Shown here in pieces: positions 18,772 through 29,724 of a stretch of 64,000 nucleotides of DNA. Source of the stretch: Candidatus Brocadiia bacterium. Lineage in GTDB: Bacteria; Planctomycetota; Brocadiia; CAIUPP01. Location: the NCBI GenBank assembly GCA_050015075.1, contig JBEKCB010000011.1:59209-123208 (forward strand), read 5' to 3'. The position numbers and the translations under genes were made by a program. The number at the start of each line of letters is the position of its first letter. Position 1 is the stretch's first letter. Below the pieces are notes generated by a model. It searched no databases. It saw nothing but the letters and a program-made list of their open reading frames with translations, and was not told the origin of the DNA.

Positions 18772-21336
18772 TTAAAGTTTTGCCGTAACGCCCGTCACGC
18801 CGAACAGAGTCACGGCTGCATCCGTTGTCCCCTCCGCAGCCAGCCACACCGCCTTGATCGCAGTATCTTTCCGCGGATTTATCCATTCGTAGCCATAGAC
18901 GGTGATGTCGCGCCCATCGTCCGTCTTCTCCTGCGCAAACGGATCGGCAAGATACGTGGCGATATAACCCGCGTGGCGATACATAGTGTGCGTCATCGGC
19001 TGCGCATGCCGCCGATTGATCGCCGCAAGGGTGACGCCGTATTCAATCGGCACCTTTATTTTCCGGCCGCCCTCAAATTCGACAATATAGACGCCGAGCG
19101 GCATGCGGTCCGACCTGGTAAGTTCTGCATTGGCGCCGGCCGAGTGCAGGAAAATGAGACTATCGAATTTCCGCCCAACCGCGATCCGCACTTCGGAAGG
19201 ATGCCTGCGGTCGCGCACCGCCGGGCCTTCCACCGTGACGCCGCTTCCGAGTCTGAACGGCACACCGTGGAATGCTCCCCGTCGCGGCGCACGCGCGGCG
19301 CCGACCTTCAGCGTCGTGAACGTTCGCCGCGCCGCCTGTGAGGGGAACAATTCGCCGTGCAAGCGCGAGCGTATACGCGGCAACATGGCCGAGATGATGT
19401 CGTCATAGGTGAACCGCAGATTTGCGCTATAGGCAGCGGACCACATCATGTTCGCTGAATAGATGAAATCATATAGCTTGCCCAGGCGCGCGAAAGTGGA
19501 TTCGTCCGCGTGCGCCCAAGTCGAGACCTCCGCGCCGATGATTCCTTTCTTGGAGCGCCGCGTCTCATAGCGCGGATAGTGGCTCGAATACATATTTCCC
19601 ATGATCACCTTGAAGCCGCGCTCGAGCAGGGGGTCTTCGATGTCCTTGTCCACGTGAAAATACCAGATGAAATCGAGCAGGACGATATCCTTCGGGATGA
19701 GATCAATGGCCGGCGGAGTTAGATACGTGGTCACGGGCTGGAGCATGTCGCTCCAGATCATCATGCCGAGTGCCTTCTTCTTCAGATGAGCATATACTTT
19801 GTTCACGTGCAATGCGAAGAGTTCCGCCGGGGCGCGGTTCCGGCAGCGCTCGCAGACGCCGATCTGGTAGACCTCGTCATGTCCCATGTGCACGTAGCGC
19901 GCGGGTTTCACCACGTCCACAATCTCGTCAATGAGGTCGAATATGATTTCATAACTCTTGTCATGCAACGCACAGTAGCAATGCGGGTAAAACTCGTCAG
20001 GTTTCTTGTCTGCCTTCTCGATCTCAACGTCGCCGGCCGAGGCGAGTATGGGTTCCTTCTCGGCAATCTCCGGATAGGTCATGGTTAGGTACTGGACGTG
20101 GCTCAGCGACTGGACCTCCGGGATCACCTCAAGGCCATAGGACTTGGCATAAGCAACCAGGTCGCGCACCTCGTCCTTGGTGAGACAACCGTCGCTGGTC
20201 ACCATGTCGCCGTGCGGCACGGGCGGCCACTCACCGAGCGCCGCCTTGCGGTTGGCGCGCAGCCACGCTTCGTTGATCTCGGGGCGCCGGTCGAACCGCA
20301 TGCCCGCGGCGAACTCAAGGAAGATCGTGTTCATGCGCATGGGGGCCAGCACGTGGCGGATCAGGCGCTTGACGAACGGGATATCCCGTCGCCGCGGCAG
20401 ACAAATATGCACGCCGCGTATTTCCGACGCCGGGTAATCGTCAATCGCACAGGCGGGCACATCAGGCACGCCGCCGGACGCCCGTAAGAGCGCGAGGAGC
20501 GTCTCTGCGCCATAGACCAGCCCGCGGCGGTCGGCCGCAAAAAGCCGGACGGTCTTTCCGTCCGCGCGAAGCACATAGCCTTCGGGTTTGACGCCGGATG
20601 ATCTTCCGCCGAGCGCCTTTATCTCGCCCGCTTTGCCGAGGATGACCATCCCTGCTGTATTTGTTATCTCGGTCTCTTTAGCGATCGGAATCTGCGCGCC
20701 GAAGTCCTCGGCGATCTTCTCGGCGAGCAAATGCGCGGCAAACATCGTATCCTCCGACGCGTTTTCGCCGGTGACTATTCCTGCAATCTTTAGCGCCGGC
20801 AGATTGCCGCGGCGGGATGTGAATTCGATCTTCGCCGGGATGGGATAGATGACCGGCGCGTCAAGCTCGCGGCCGAAAATGGCCATGTGCTTGAACACGA
20901 TGTTCCGGAAGCAGGCGGTGAAGCGCATGACCAGCACGCGCGCCGTCACGCCAAGCGGGACGACGACGGCCTCATCGGCGATCATGCCGCTAACACCCGG
21001 TTCGAGACGTCCCGCCGTACGGAACGTTTTGCCGTCGGAAGAAACGAGCGCCTCGACGCCCGCGAACGCGGAAGGTGATGCCGTGTCCTGCCTGATGACG
21101 ACGCGGTCAATAAAGCAGGTGGTCTTCAGGTCTATCAGCACGTCGAGGCCGACATCGTAGAGCGAGCCGCCTTTCCAACCTACAGGTCCGGCGCGGAAAA
21201 GGCCGCCCTTTGCGAATGGGATGATGCCGCGGACGCCGCCGCGATCGGGCAGAAGATCGGGAAAGAAGAACTTGTTCGTTCCGCGATGGTAGTAGGTATA
21301 CGTTCCCGGCAGGCGCGCGAGATCGCCGATAATCAT
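18772..21336 (-). CDS. Glycoside hydrolase family 20 (beta-N-acetylhexosaminidase-like) with accessory domains
   Basis: EGYVL, IDDYP...RG, IPEVQSLSH, HMGHDEV catalytic motif, IWSDM. Confidence 0.85.
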   Translation of the reverse strand: MIIGDLARLPGTYTYYHRGTNKFFFPDLLPDRGGVRGIIPFAKGGLFRAGPVGWKGGSLYDVGLDVLIDLKTTCFIDRVVIRQDTASPSAFAGVEALVSSDGKTFRTAGRLEPGVSGMIADEAVVVPLGVTARVLVMRFTACFRNIVFKHMAIFGRELDAPVIYPIPAKIEFTSRRGNLPALKIAGIVTGENASEDTMFAAHLLAEKIAEDFGAQIPIAKETEITNTAGMVILGKAGEIKALGGRSSGVKPEGYVLRADGKTVRLFAADRRGLVYGAETLLALLRASGGVPDVPACAIDDYPASEIRGVHICLPRRRDIPFVKRLIRHVLAPMRMNTIFLEFAAGMRFDRRPEINEAWLRANRKAALGEWPPVPHGDMVTSDGCLTKDEVRDLVAYAKSYGLEVIPEVQSLSHVQYLTMTYPEIAEKEPILASAGDVEIEKADKKPDEFYPHCYCALHDKSYEIIFDLIDEIVDVVKPARYVHMGHDEVYQIGVCERCRNRAPAELFALHVNKVYAHLKKKALGMMIWSDMLQPVTTYLTPPAIDLIPKDIVLLDFIWYFHVDKDIEDPLLERGFKVIMGNMYSSHYPRYETRRSKKGIIGAEVSTWAHADESTFARLGKLYDFIYSANMMWSAAYSANLRFTYDDIISAMLPRIRSRLHGELFPSQAARRTFTTLKVGAARAPRRGAFHGVPFRLGSGVTVEGPAVRDRRHPSEVRIAVGRKFDSLIFLHSAGANAELTRSDRMPLGVYIVEFEGGRKIKVPIEYGVTLAAINRRHAQPMTHTMYRHAGYIATYLADPFAQEKTDDGRDITVYGYEWINPRKDTAIKAVWLAAEGTTDAAVTLFGVTGVTAKL

Positions 21337-21393
21337 TCGATCCTCTTAGCAGGGTTATCACCCGGAGATGAAAACCAGCGTGTTTGCGCAAGG

Positions 21394-21484
<91 letters not shown>

Positions 21485-21578
21485 TCGCGTCAGCCGGATT
21501 CGGGCAAAGGGAAGAAATTCCCGAAGCCAAATAATAACGGTGCGGCGCGTGAAAGGCAAATGCGGAAATGCCGCGCGC

Positions 21579-24500
21579 CTACTTGAGCGGCGTGTAGAGC
21601 GGGTCGCCGATGACGATCGTCTGGCCGCAGAGGTACGGAATGCACATGTAAGCCGTCTCCGCCCAAGTGGAGTCGGCTTTCATGGAGTGGAAGAGGTTCG
21701 CCACCACGGGCACGCCATCGGGGCCGGGATCCGCCACGTTGCCGATGGCGGCGCAGGCGCCCGCGCCCAGCGCAGCGGCGACCCACGACGCCTTTCGGTC
21801 GCGCAGCGACGAGGCGCTCACGCGGTCCAGGTTGACCGCCAGCGCGCCCTTCACCCAGGAGAAGACCTCCGGCTTGTATTCGCCCACACCCGCGCCGAGG
21901 AAGAAGAACGTGTTGACGGCCTGGTCCGGCCGGAAGAACGGCGGCGAATCCTTCACCGGCGGGACCACGCGGCCGATCAGCCGGTCCAGCTTGGCGAGCG
22001 CGCGATAGTTGACCCGGATGGCCGAATTGATGCTTGCCGAGTTCTCGTCCTCGAACGGCAAATCGGAGAACCGGGCGAACCCGCGCGCGCCGAACGAGTG
22101 GTCCTTCTCGACGGCCATCGCGTCGCGGACCAGCGAGAGTTCGCGGCCCGGCGCCAGCGCGTCCTCCTGGACCGACGGCCCATCTAGCCTCGTGACGAGA
22201 TACATCCCGAAGAGCGTGGAGTTGAACGGCTCGTCGCGGTTGAGGTAGGGATTTTCGAACTGACCGCTGAGCGTGCGCGGCTGGGCGAGGAGCGTCAGTT
22301 CGGAGTCCACCGCCGTCCCCGGCCGCGCGACGCCGCCCCGGACGGCGCCGGGCGCAATCCGCAGCGGCACGCCCGTTGTCGTCACGATGAACGAAATGGC
22401 TCGCGAGATCTTCTTCACGGCGAGATAGGTTCGGATCGGCGCCTGGACGTCCTCCTCGAACGCGGCCCGGGCCATGGTTTCATCCGCGGTGCACCGGATG
22501 TGGCAGACGTTCTCCGGCGGCAGCTTGCGCAGCGCGGCGTATTTTTCGCCGATCTTCTGCGAGACGTCCGAGTTGTCGTTGACGACGAGCAGCACGCCTT
22601 CCGGCCCGCGCGACGATGCCGCGGCCTCGGCAGACGGCTGCGGCTCGGCGGGGTCGGACAGGATTTTGCCGACGCCGACGGGCGTCGCCGCCCAGATGTC
22701 CGGCCCGTCCACGAAGACCTGGCCCACGTTGTTGTCGGGCAGCGACGAATGGACCTTGTCGAGGTGCCGGCGAGTCATGCCGTCGCGGTCGAGGGCGTAC
22801 ACGCCCCAGTCGGTGCCGAAGTACTCCCGCGCCGCGCCCAGGGCCAGCGAGGAGATTCTTTCATCCTCGAGTAACGGCCGCCAGTTCCCGGCCTGGTCCA
22901 CGACGAAGGCGCCGTGCGCGGTGCCGCCCCAGATCCGTTCTCCGTCGGAGGCGAGCGCCGTGACGCCGTTGTTCGGCAGAGGCGACTGGCCCACCGCGAA
23001 AGTCCGCCACGTGGCGTTGGAGAGGTCGAGCACGCTCAGCCCCTGATCGGTTCCGACCCAGGCCTCGTTTCCGCGGACGGCGATCGCCCGGACGGGCGCG
23101 GCGCACAGGCCGCCGGCGGCCGGGTGCCAGCTCCGACCCTGGCCGAGACGGTCGTAGAGGAACAGGCCGGTCGCCGTGCCGAACCACACCCCGTCGGGCG
23201 AGTCGGCGATCGCCAGGACATCCTGTCCGTTGAGCGTGGCGAATGGGCCGATGTCCAGCGGCGCCACTCCGGTGACGTCCCAGCTTCGGAAGACATCGTC
23301 CATGATCGGCACGCCGCGCTCGATCACGCCGGAGCCGAGCGAGCCGAACCAGACGGTCGGCCCGTGGAGCGCGAAGTGGTCCACGGCGGAGACCCAGCCG
23401 AGCCGGTCGGTGCGATAGGTGGAGGCGGCGAAACCCGCGATCCGGTTCCAGGTAAGCCAACCGGTCCGCGCGGGCCGCAGATCGGCCTCGAAGGGCGAAT
23501 ACGCCGCCAGCCCGCCGCGCGTCAGGAGGGAGCCGAGTTGCGCCTGGACGGTGCCGACCAGGATCCGGTCGCCGATCAGTTTCACCGCGGTCGCGCGGCC
23601 GGGCGTCGCCGTCGGCAGCACGAGCCATGAGCGCCCGCCGTCGCGCGTGAAATTCAGAAAGGCCGTCGTCGAGGGCGGATCATTGGGCGTGGCCTGCGCG
23701 CAGACCAGGTTCGGCTCGATGCACGCGAGCTGCGTGACGCGCGAGGACCAAAGCGATTCCGCCGCGAAGCGCGCCCAGGTCTGCCCGGCGTCGCGGCTGC
23801 GGAAGAGCCCGCTGTCCGAGCCGACCCAGAGGTCATCGCCGGCGGTCATGATCTCATGGACCGGCAATCCGTGGTGCCCCTGGATGCGGAGCGTGCGCCA
23901 TTTCTCCTGTTCCGGGTTGCCGAGGATCACGGAGAACCCGCGCGCGGGATCCTGCGGATCGCTCACCGCCGCGCACAGGTTGTCGCCGGCGAGGCAGAGG
24001 TGGTGCCACTCCTTCGTCACCTGGAACGAGCGCCACTCGCTCGCGCGGGGCCGCAGCAGGCTGAGTCCGCGGTTCGTCGCGGCCCAGACGTTTCCTTTGT
24101 CCAGCAACAGGTCATGAATGGTGAGCCCGTGAAGGCCGTTCTGGCGGGAATAGCACCGCCAGTCCTCGCCGCCCTCGATCGCCTGGCAGACGCCGCCGTC
24201 GGTGCCGGCCCAGAGCTGGTCGCCTTCGGCGGCCAGCGTCAGTATGACATTGCTCGGCAGCCCGTCGGCTACGCTCAGCGTGCGCCAGGTCTTGCCGCCG
24301 TCGCGCGAACTGGCCAGGCCGCCGGTCGTGCCGACCCACCAGGTCTCGACGTCGGAATCCTTCGTCACCGCGATCGAAAGGACGTTCGAGCGGACGCTGA
24401 ATGTCTTAAAGTCGCCGCCGCGCGTCCGGCAGATCAATCCGCCGCCGGTCGCCATCCAAAGCTGTCGCCCGTCGCGGGCCAGGAGGCGGACCGGGCACGA

Positions 24501-25502
24501 GATGTTTCCCTCGTGGCGCCAGGTTGCGCCGTGGTCGGCGCTGAGGAAAAGCCCCTCGCTCGTGGCGATCCAGAGGCCGCTCTCCGAGGCCGCCAGGTCG
24601 AAAGTTTCGTCGGCGCCCAGGCCTGAGCCGACGCTGACGGTCGTCCACGTATCGCCGCCGTCGGTGCTCTGCGCCAGGCCGTGACTCGTGGCGGCCCAGA
24701 GCCGCTTGCCTTCGAGGATGATGCCGTGCACGCGGGCCGAGACGGCATGTCCCACCGCCGAAGCGGTCCCGGTCTTCAGCACCACCCAGGTCTTTCCGCC
24801 GTCGGCGCTTCGGAGGACGTCGGGCGCGCCGCCGTATTGAACGGCCGCGTCGAAGCCGCCCAGCCAGCACGCGCGCCCGGACGGGCCTTCGCCCAGGGTA
24901 ATGGAGCTGATGTTCGGCGGGAACACGCCCTTGAGCCGGTCCCATTGGTCGCCCTGGTTGCTCGACTTGTAAAGGCCGGACGACGAACTGACCCAGACCT
25001 CGCCAAGATATTCGGCGACAGCCCGGATTTCGGAACCGGGGCCGCCGGAGTCCCAGCCGCAGAGATCCCATTGGGTCAAGTCCTCGCTGGCGAAGCACAG
25101 CCCGTTGAGCGTGCCAACCCAGATGCCGCCGCGGCCCGGGATGATGCACGTCACGGTGTTGCGGAGGATGGCTTGTTCGCCGGCCGGCGCGGGAGCGGCG
25201 GCGGTGTCCGGCGCGCGCCGGCGGCCGCTCAGTCGCGGCTGGGCCTCCGCGAGTTCCACGCGCGTCCAGCTCTTGCCGCCGTCGTCGGTCCACGCGAGAC
25301 CGCGGTCCGTTCCGGCCCAGATGCGGCCCCGGGAATCGCGGGCCACGGCGGTGATCACGTTCGAGAGGAAGTCATCGCGGCCGAGCTGAGGGAAGTGGTC
25401 CCACTCTCCGTTTGCCGCCATTGCGAGCCTCGCCGGCGCCAGCGCGAGCGCGGAGGTGAGCAGAAACGCTGCAGTTGTCATTCGCGCCCAGTGCGCCTTC
25501 AT
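21579..25502 (-). CDS. Large secreted beta-propeller protein (Asp-box/BNR and Reg_prop repeats) fused to a TIGR03790-like C-terminal domain
   Basis: Signal peptide from ATG 25502, many SxDGGxTW boxes, LPxNxV/I repeats, C-terminal VLLVVN..S..I..Y, YLVTRLDG and IGDPLY. Confidence 0.7.
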   Translation of the reverse strand: MKAHWARMTTAAFLLTSALALAPARLAMAANGEWDHFPQLGRDDFLSNVITAVARDSRGRIWAGTDRGLAWTDDGGKSWTRVELAEAQPRLSGRRRAPDTAAAPAPAGEQAILRNTVTCIIPGRGGIWVGTLNGLCFASEDLTQWDLCGWDSGGPGSEIRAVAEYLGEVWVSSSSGLYKSSNQGDQWDRLKGVFPPNISSITLGEGPSGRACWLGGFDAAVQYGGAPDVLRSADGGKTWVVLKTGTASAVGHAVSARVHGIILEGKRLWAATSHGLAQSTDGGDTWTTVSVGSGLGADETFDLAASESGLWIATSEGLFLSADHGATWRHEGNISCPVRLLARDGRQLWMATGGGLICRTRGGDFKTFSVRSNVLSIAVTKDSDVETWWVGTTGGLASSRDGGKTWRTLSVADGLPSNVILTLAAEGDQLWAGTDGGVCQAIEGGEDWRCYSRQNGLHGLTIHDLLLDKGNVWAATNRGLSLLRPRASEWRSFQVTKEWHHLCLAGDNLCAAVSDPQDPARGFSVILGNPEQEKWRTLRIQGHHGLPVHEIMTAGDDLWVGSDSGLFRSRDAGQTWARFAAESLWSSRVTQLACIEPNLVCAQATPNDPPSTTAFLNFTRDGGRSWLVLPTATPGRATAVKLIGDRILVGTVQAQLGSLLTRGGLAAYSPFEADLRPARTGWLTWNRIAGFAASTYRTDRLGWVSAVDHFALHGPTVWFGSLGSGVIERGVPIMDDVFRSWDVTGVAPLDIGPFATLNGQDVLAIADSPDGVWFGTATGLFLYDRLGQGRSWHPAAGGLCAAPVRAIAVRGNEAWVGTDQGLSVLDLSNATWRTFAVGQSPLPNNGVTALASDGERIWGGTAHGAFVVDQAGNWRPLLEDERISSLALGAAREYFGTDWGVYALDRDGMTRRHLDKVHSSLPDNNVGQVFVDGPDIWAATPVGVGKILSDPAEPQPSAEAAASSRGPEGVLLVVNDNSDVSQKIGEKYAALRKLPPENVCHIRCTADETMARAAFEEDVQAPIRTYLAVKKISRAISFIVTTTGVPLRIAPGAVRGGVARPGTAVDSELTLLAQPRTLSGQFENPYLNRDEPFNSTLFGMYLVTRLDGPSVQEDALAPGRELSLVRDAMAVEKDHSFGARGFARFSDLPFEDENSASINSAIRVNYRALAKLDRLIGRVVPPVKDSPPFFRPDQAVNTFFFLGAGVGEYKPEVFSWVKGALAVNLDRVSASSLRDRKASWVAAALGAGACAAIGNVADPGPDGVPVVANLFHSMKADSTWAETAYMCIPYLCGQTIVIGDPLYTPLK

Positions 25503-25594
25503 CGCCTTCTCTTTCGCGTTTTGAAAGTTCCGACGGATATTGCAACACGTTTCGGGCGGGAGTTCAAGGGAATTGTGCCGGCGTTTGTATGACT

Positions 25595-27172
25595 TCAGCT
25601 TCGCGGCGGCGCGAACCGCGAGACCAGCGCTTCGGCCGCGGTCAGCCCATCCACCGCGGAACTCATGATGCCGCTCGAATATCCGGAGCCCTCTCCGGCC
25701 GGATACACTCCGTCGGCGGAAACCGACACGCGCCGCGCGGGATCGCGCACGATGCGGACCGGGCACGAGGCCCGCGCTTCAACGCCCACCAGGACCGCGG
25801 CCTCGCCCGCGAAACCCGGAATCCGGCGCTCGAACCCGGGCAGGGCGGCGGCGATCGCCGAGCGCACGGCCGCCGGCAGCACGCGCTCCAGCGCCGCAGG
25901 CCGGACGCCGAGCGGATAGGTCGTGCTCCGCCCCAGGGCACGGACTCGACCGGCAAGGAAATCCTTCGCCCCTTGCGCCGGCGCCGAGTAGTCCCCGCCG
26001 CCGGCGTGGAACGCCTCGCGCTCCCAGCGGCGCTGATACTCAAGGCCCGAGAGCGGTTCCGCGCCGAAGGCCTTCGGCTGAACCGTGGCGACCAGCGCGG
26101 CGTTCGTGAATTCGCCGTCGCGCGCATGCGCGCTCATCCCGTTGGTGCAGACGGCGCCGGCCTCGGAACAGGCCGCGACCAGCACGCCGCCGGGACAGAC
26201 GCAGAACGCCGCGACGGATTCCGCCGCCAGGACGTAGTCCGCCGCGCCGAGGCGCGGATGGCCGGCGTGCCGGCCGTAGATCGCGCGGTCAATCACCTCG
26301 CGCGGATGCTCGATGCGCAGCCCCATCTGGAACGGCTTCGGTTCGAGGGCCAGGCCGGACTGCCGCAGCGCCTCAAACGTGTCGCGCGCGCTGCCGCCGA
26401 TGGCCAGGACGAGGCCGTTGGACTCGATGGTCCCGCGGACCGTCTTCACGCCGCGCAGGACGCCGCCCGCGACGGCCAGTTCGGTTACGCGCTCGCGCCA
26501 GCGGATTTCGCCGCCGAGGCGCTCCAGTTCTCCGCAGAGGTTCGTCACAACGCCATGCAACCGGTCAGTCCCGATGTGCGGCCGCGCCTCGATGAGCAGT
26601 TCCTCAGACGCGCCGGCGGCGACGAACGTCTCCAGCACCGATCGCACGCGCGGATCGCGGATGCGCGAGTAGAGCTTGCCGTCGGAATATGTCCCAGCGC
26701 CGCCGGCGCCGAAGAGCAGGTTGGAGTCCGCGTCGAGTTCGCGCGAGGAAAGGAACCGGCCCACGTCGCGGCTGCGTTCGGCGATGGGGCCGCCGCGCTC
26801 CAGCAGCAGCGGGCGATAACCCATTTTCGCGAGCTGCAGCGCTGCGAAAAGGCCCGCCGGGCCGCAGCCGACGACCACGATCCGCCCGTGGACTTCCTCG
26901 GTCCCGGGATTCAGGCTGACGGCGGCCGCCGGCTCGATGGCGGCGGCTTTGCCTTTCGCGATCGCCTCGGCTTCGGCGGCGGGATCGGAGAGCGCGATAT
27001 CCACGGTATGCACGAAGCGCACCTGCTTGCCCCGCGCGTCAATCGCCCGGCGGACGACTTGGATGTGGCGGATCATCACGACGGGCAGGTCGAGCCGCTC
27101 GGCCGCCTTGCGGGCCAGGAGCGAGCCGGGCTCGTTCACGTCGAGGGTCAGATTCTGCAGTCGTATGGGCAT
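25595..27172 (-). CDS. FAD-dependent oxidoreductase (uncharacterised FAD dehydrogenase family)
   Basis: GCGPAG, GGAGTYSDGKL, PHIGTD, NGMS, YPAGEGSGY.SGIMSSAVDG. Confidence 0.9.
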   Translation of the reverse strand: MPIRLQNLTLDVNEPGSLLARKAAERLDLPVVMIRHIQVVRRAIDARGKQVRFVHTVDIALSDPAAEAEAIAKGKAAAIEPAAAVSLNPGTEEVHGRIVVVGCGPAGLFAALQLAKMGYRPLLLERGGPIAERSRDVGRFLSSRELDADSNLLFGAGGAGTYSDGKLYSRIRDPRVRSVLETFVAAGASEELLIEARPHIGTDRLHGVVTNLCGELERLGGEIRWRERVTELAVAGGVLRGVKTVRGTIESNGLVLAIGGSARDTFEALRQSGLALEPKPFQMGLRIEHPREVIDRAIYGRHAGHPRLGAADYVLAAESVAAFCVCPGGVLVAACSEAGAVCTNGMSAHARDGEFTNAALVATVQPKAFGAEPLSGLEYQRRWEREAFHAGGGDYSAPAQGAKDFLAGRVRALGRSTTYPLGVRPAALERVLPAAVRSAIAAALPGFERRIPGFAGEAAVLVGVEARASCPVRIVRDPARRVSVSADGVYPAGEGSGYSSGIMSSAVDGLTAAEALVSRFAPPRS

Positions 27173-27242
27173 GGCGGGATTATGGAGAAATGACGAATGA
27201 CTGGTGGCATGTCATGGAAACGTCACAGGTGAGGCGCGTGGA

Positions 27243-27944
27243 TTACTGCGTCACCACGCCTCGTCTGTTGGAGATCCTTCTTATCAAGTTTTCCTCGCAC
27301 CATGGCCGAAGGCCTTTGCTTCTAAATGTGCCGTTGTACGAAGTCGAGTTGCCGGACTTTACCACGAATTCCCCAATAACGCTTTGAGGAAACATTGGGT
27401 CGAGATTCAGTTCAAATTCACGACATATCGTGCCTTCAACTACGACATACCACGTTTGGCTGTAGACCGGATGGTTCTCCTCATGTCCTACAGCGTCTGC
27501 AATCCCTTGAGCGAACGCATTGAGCGACGCTGGATCTGTGATGCATAGAAGTTTCTGGTTGCCGTAACTATCGAATACGTCAATCTGATGGATGTTTTCG
27601 GTCTGCATCCGACTCAGGGCTTGGAGGAGACGCATTTCGCTTCGCATGCTGGGTAAATCACGCGCGAGTGTCTCTACTGTCGTTATGAGGGCAAGAAAAC
27701 CGAAAAAGCAGGCCATGCCTATCCAGACTTGTCGGTCGTGCCTTGCCTTGACTTGCCATGCCAGCCCGATAGCGAAACCGGGAAGAGTTGCGAGTCCGCA
27801 ACCGAGCGAAAAATTCAGAAACGAGGAATAGTGCGGGCTGATGTAGAGGCTGATCGCACCACCAAGCAAGTCGCAGACGGCTATTGCGACCAAAATGCGC
27901 CAGACGGATTTGAGACCACTGAACGTGACTAGTCCGTGTCCCAT
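27243..27944 (-). CDS. Hypothetical membrane protein, AT-richer than flanks
   Basis: Three predicted TM helices then a soluble domain; atypical codon usage. Confidence 0.6.
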   Translation of the reverse strand: MGHGLVTFSGLKSVWRILVAIAVCDLLGGAISLYISPHYSSFLNFSLGCGLATLPGFAIGLAWQVKARHDRQVWIGMACFFGFLALITTVETLARDLPSMRSEMRLLQALSRMQTENIHQIDVFDSYGNQKLLCITDPASLNAFAQGIADAVGHEENHPVYSQTWYVVVEGTICREFELNLDPMFPQSVIGEFVVKSGNSTSYNGTFRSKGLRPWCEENLIRRISNRRGVVTQ

Positions 27945-27978
27945 TCTTCCCGCCAGCAACAAATGGGAGACTTGACGA

Positions 27979-28133
27979 CGTCATACTGAGCGCAGCCCTT
28001 CGGCCGTGAGCCCTTCGACGGGTCAAGGCCATGAGCAGACTCGCATTGCTCAGGGCAAAACGGCGAAGCCTCTCACGCCGCAAAACTTTGCTCGCGCGCT
28101 GCGCATGAGATTCCGCGACAAGCTGGGAATGAC
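27979..28133. repeat. REP-like palindromic element family C (GTCAT.CTGAG...GAATGAC) with a nested family-B-like segment
   Basis: CGTCATACTGAGCGCAGC...GAGATTCCGCGACAAGCTGGGAATGAC; same ends as 44418-44505; internal CCCTTCGAC...CTCAGGGC. Confidence 0.7.
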
Positions 28134-28164
28134 CAAGCACGCGCCATGTTTTCATCGTCCGTTG

Positions 28165-29517
28165 CTATTCGACCGCAGGCAGGTGCTTCAACGCCTCGGC
28201 GATGGCCTCTTCCGGGTGCTCGTAATCCTCCAGCGTGCGGCCCAGGTACGCGTCATACGCCGACAGGTCGAAATGGCCGTGGCCGCTCAGGTTGAAGACG
28301 ATGCACTTGGACTGGTTGCGCTGCTTGCAGAGGAGCGCCTCGTCAATCGCCGCGCGGACGGCGTGGGCCGTCTCGGGCGCGACGACGATGCCCTCGGTCT
28401 TCGCGAACGTCAGCGCCGCCTCGAAGACCGGGTTCTGCGGATACGCCACCGCCTCGATGATGCCCAGGTTCTTCAGGTGGCTGATGATGGGCGCCATGCC
28501 GTGATAGCGCAGCCCGCCGGCGTGGATGCCCGACGGCATGAAGGTGTGCCCGAGCGTGTACATCTTGATCAGCGGCGTCAGGCCGGCGGTATCGCCGAAG
28601 TCGTATCGGAAGGGGCCTTTGGTCAGCGACGGGCACGCGCTCGGCTCGACGGCAACGAACCGCAGGTCCGGCCGGCTGGTGAGCTTCTGGGGAATGAACG
28701 GCAGCATGAGCCCGGCGAAATTGCTCCCGCCGCCGGCGCAGCCGATGACGACGTCCGCCTTGTCGCCGACTTTCTGCAACTGCTGGAGCGTCTCGAGGCC
28801 GATGACGGTCTGGTGCAGCATCACGTGATTGAGCACGCTGCCGAGCGTGTACTTCGTGTCCGGATGCGTCGCGGCGTCCTCGACCGCTTCGCTGATGGCG
28901 ATGCCGAGCGAGCCGGCGCAATGGGGATCCGCGGCGAGCACCTTGCGGCCGGCCTCGGTGTCGCGGCTGGGGCTGGCCACCACGTCGGCGCCCCACAGGC
29001 GCATCAGCGACTTGCGATAGGGCTTCTGGTCGAAGCTCACGCGCACCATGTACACCTTGCACTTGAGCCCGAACTGCGTGCACGCGAAAGCCAGCGCGCT
29101 GCCCCACTGGCCCGCGCCGGTCTCCGTGGCGAGCCGCTGGACGCCTTCCATCTTGTTATAGTACGCCTGCGCGACCGCAGTGTTCGGCTTGTGGCTGCCC
29201 GCCGGGCTGACGGACTCGTTCTTGTAGTAGATCCTCGCGGGCGTGCCGAGTTTCTTCTCGAGGTTGAGCGCGCGGACGAGCGGCGTCGGCCGCCAGAGCG
29301 AAAGCACCTCCTGCACCGGCTGCGGGATTTCGATCCAGCGCTCCGTGCTGACTTCCTGGCCGATTAGCGCCATCGGGAAGATCGGCGCCAGGTCCTGCGG
29401 CCCGACCGGCTTCTTCGTGCCCGGATGCAGCACCGGCGCCAGCGGCTTCGGGAGGTCCGCCTGCACATTGTACCACGCCTTCGGCATTTCGTTTTCGGAG
29501 AGGAGTATTTTCCGCAC
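28165..29517 (-). CDS. trpB2: TrpB2-type tryptophan synthase beta / indole salvage PLP enzyme
   Basis: [52 protein letters not shown]; GTG start at 29517. Confidence 0.95.
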   Translation of the reverse strand: MRKILLSENEMPKAWYNVQADLPKPLAPVLHPGTKKPVGPQDLAPIFPMALIGQEVSTERWIEIPQPVQEVLSLWRPTPLVRALNLEKKLGTPARIYYKNESVSPAGSHKPNTAVAQAYYNKMEGVQRLATETGAGQWGSALAFACTQFGLKCKVYMVRVSFDQKPYRKSLMRLWGADVVASPSRDTEAGRKVLAADPHCAGSLGIAISEAVEDAATHPDTKYTLGSVLNHVMLHQTVIGLETLQQLQKVGDKADVVIGCAGGGSNFAGLMLPFIPQKLTSRPDLRFVAVEPSACPSLTKGPFRYDFGDTAGLTPLIKMYTLGHTFMPSGIHAGGLRYHGMAPIISHLKNLGIIEAVAYPQNPVFEAALTFAKTEGIVVAPETAHAVRAAIDEALLCKQRNQSKCIVFNLSGHGHFDLSAYDAYLGRTLEDYEHPEEAIAEALKHLPAVE

Positions 29518-29680
29518 GTTCGTTCCCTCTGATGGAGAATGGTCGGGCACCCGATCGAGCGCGGCTATATTAACAGAATCCGTTTCGCCTCGCAAGGGGC
29601 TGACTGGCCGGCGGGGCCGTCATTCCCGCCTTGTCGAGCGGTCGGCGGCGGTGGTAGGATGCGCGCTGTCGCGCGGCTTA

Positions 29681-29724
29681 GTACAGCATTTCAGAAGTCC
29701 AGTCGGACTTGCGAAATACTGCAC
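29681..29724. mobile_element. 44-bp MITE-like element with 20-bp imperfect TIRs and flanking TTA direct repeats
   Basis: tta-GTACAGCATTTCAGAAGTCC-agtc-GGACTTGCGAAATACTGCAC-tta. Confidence 0.6.
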
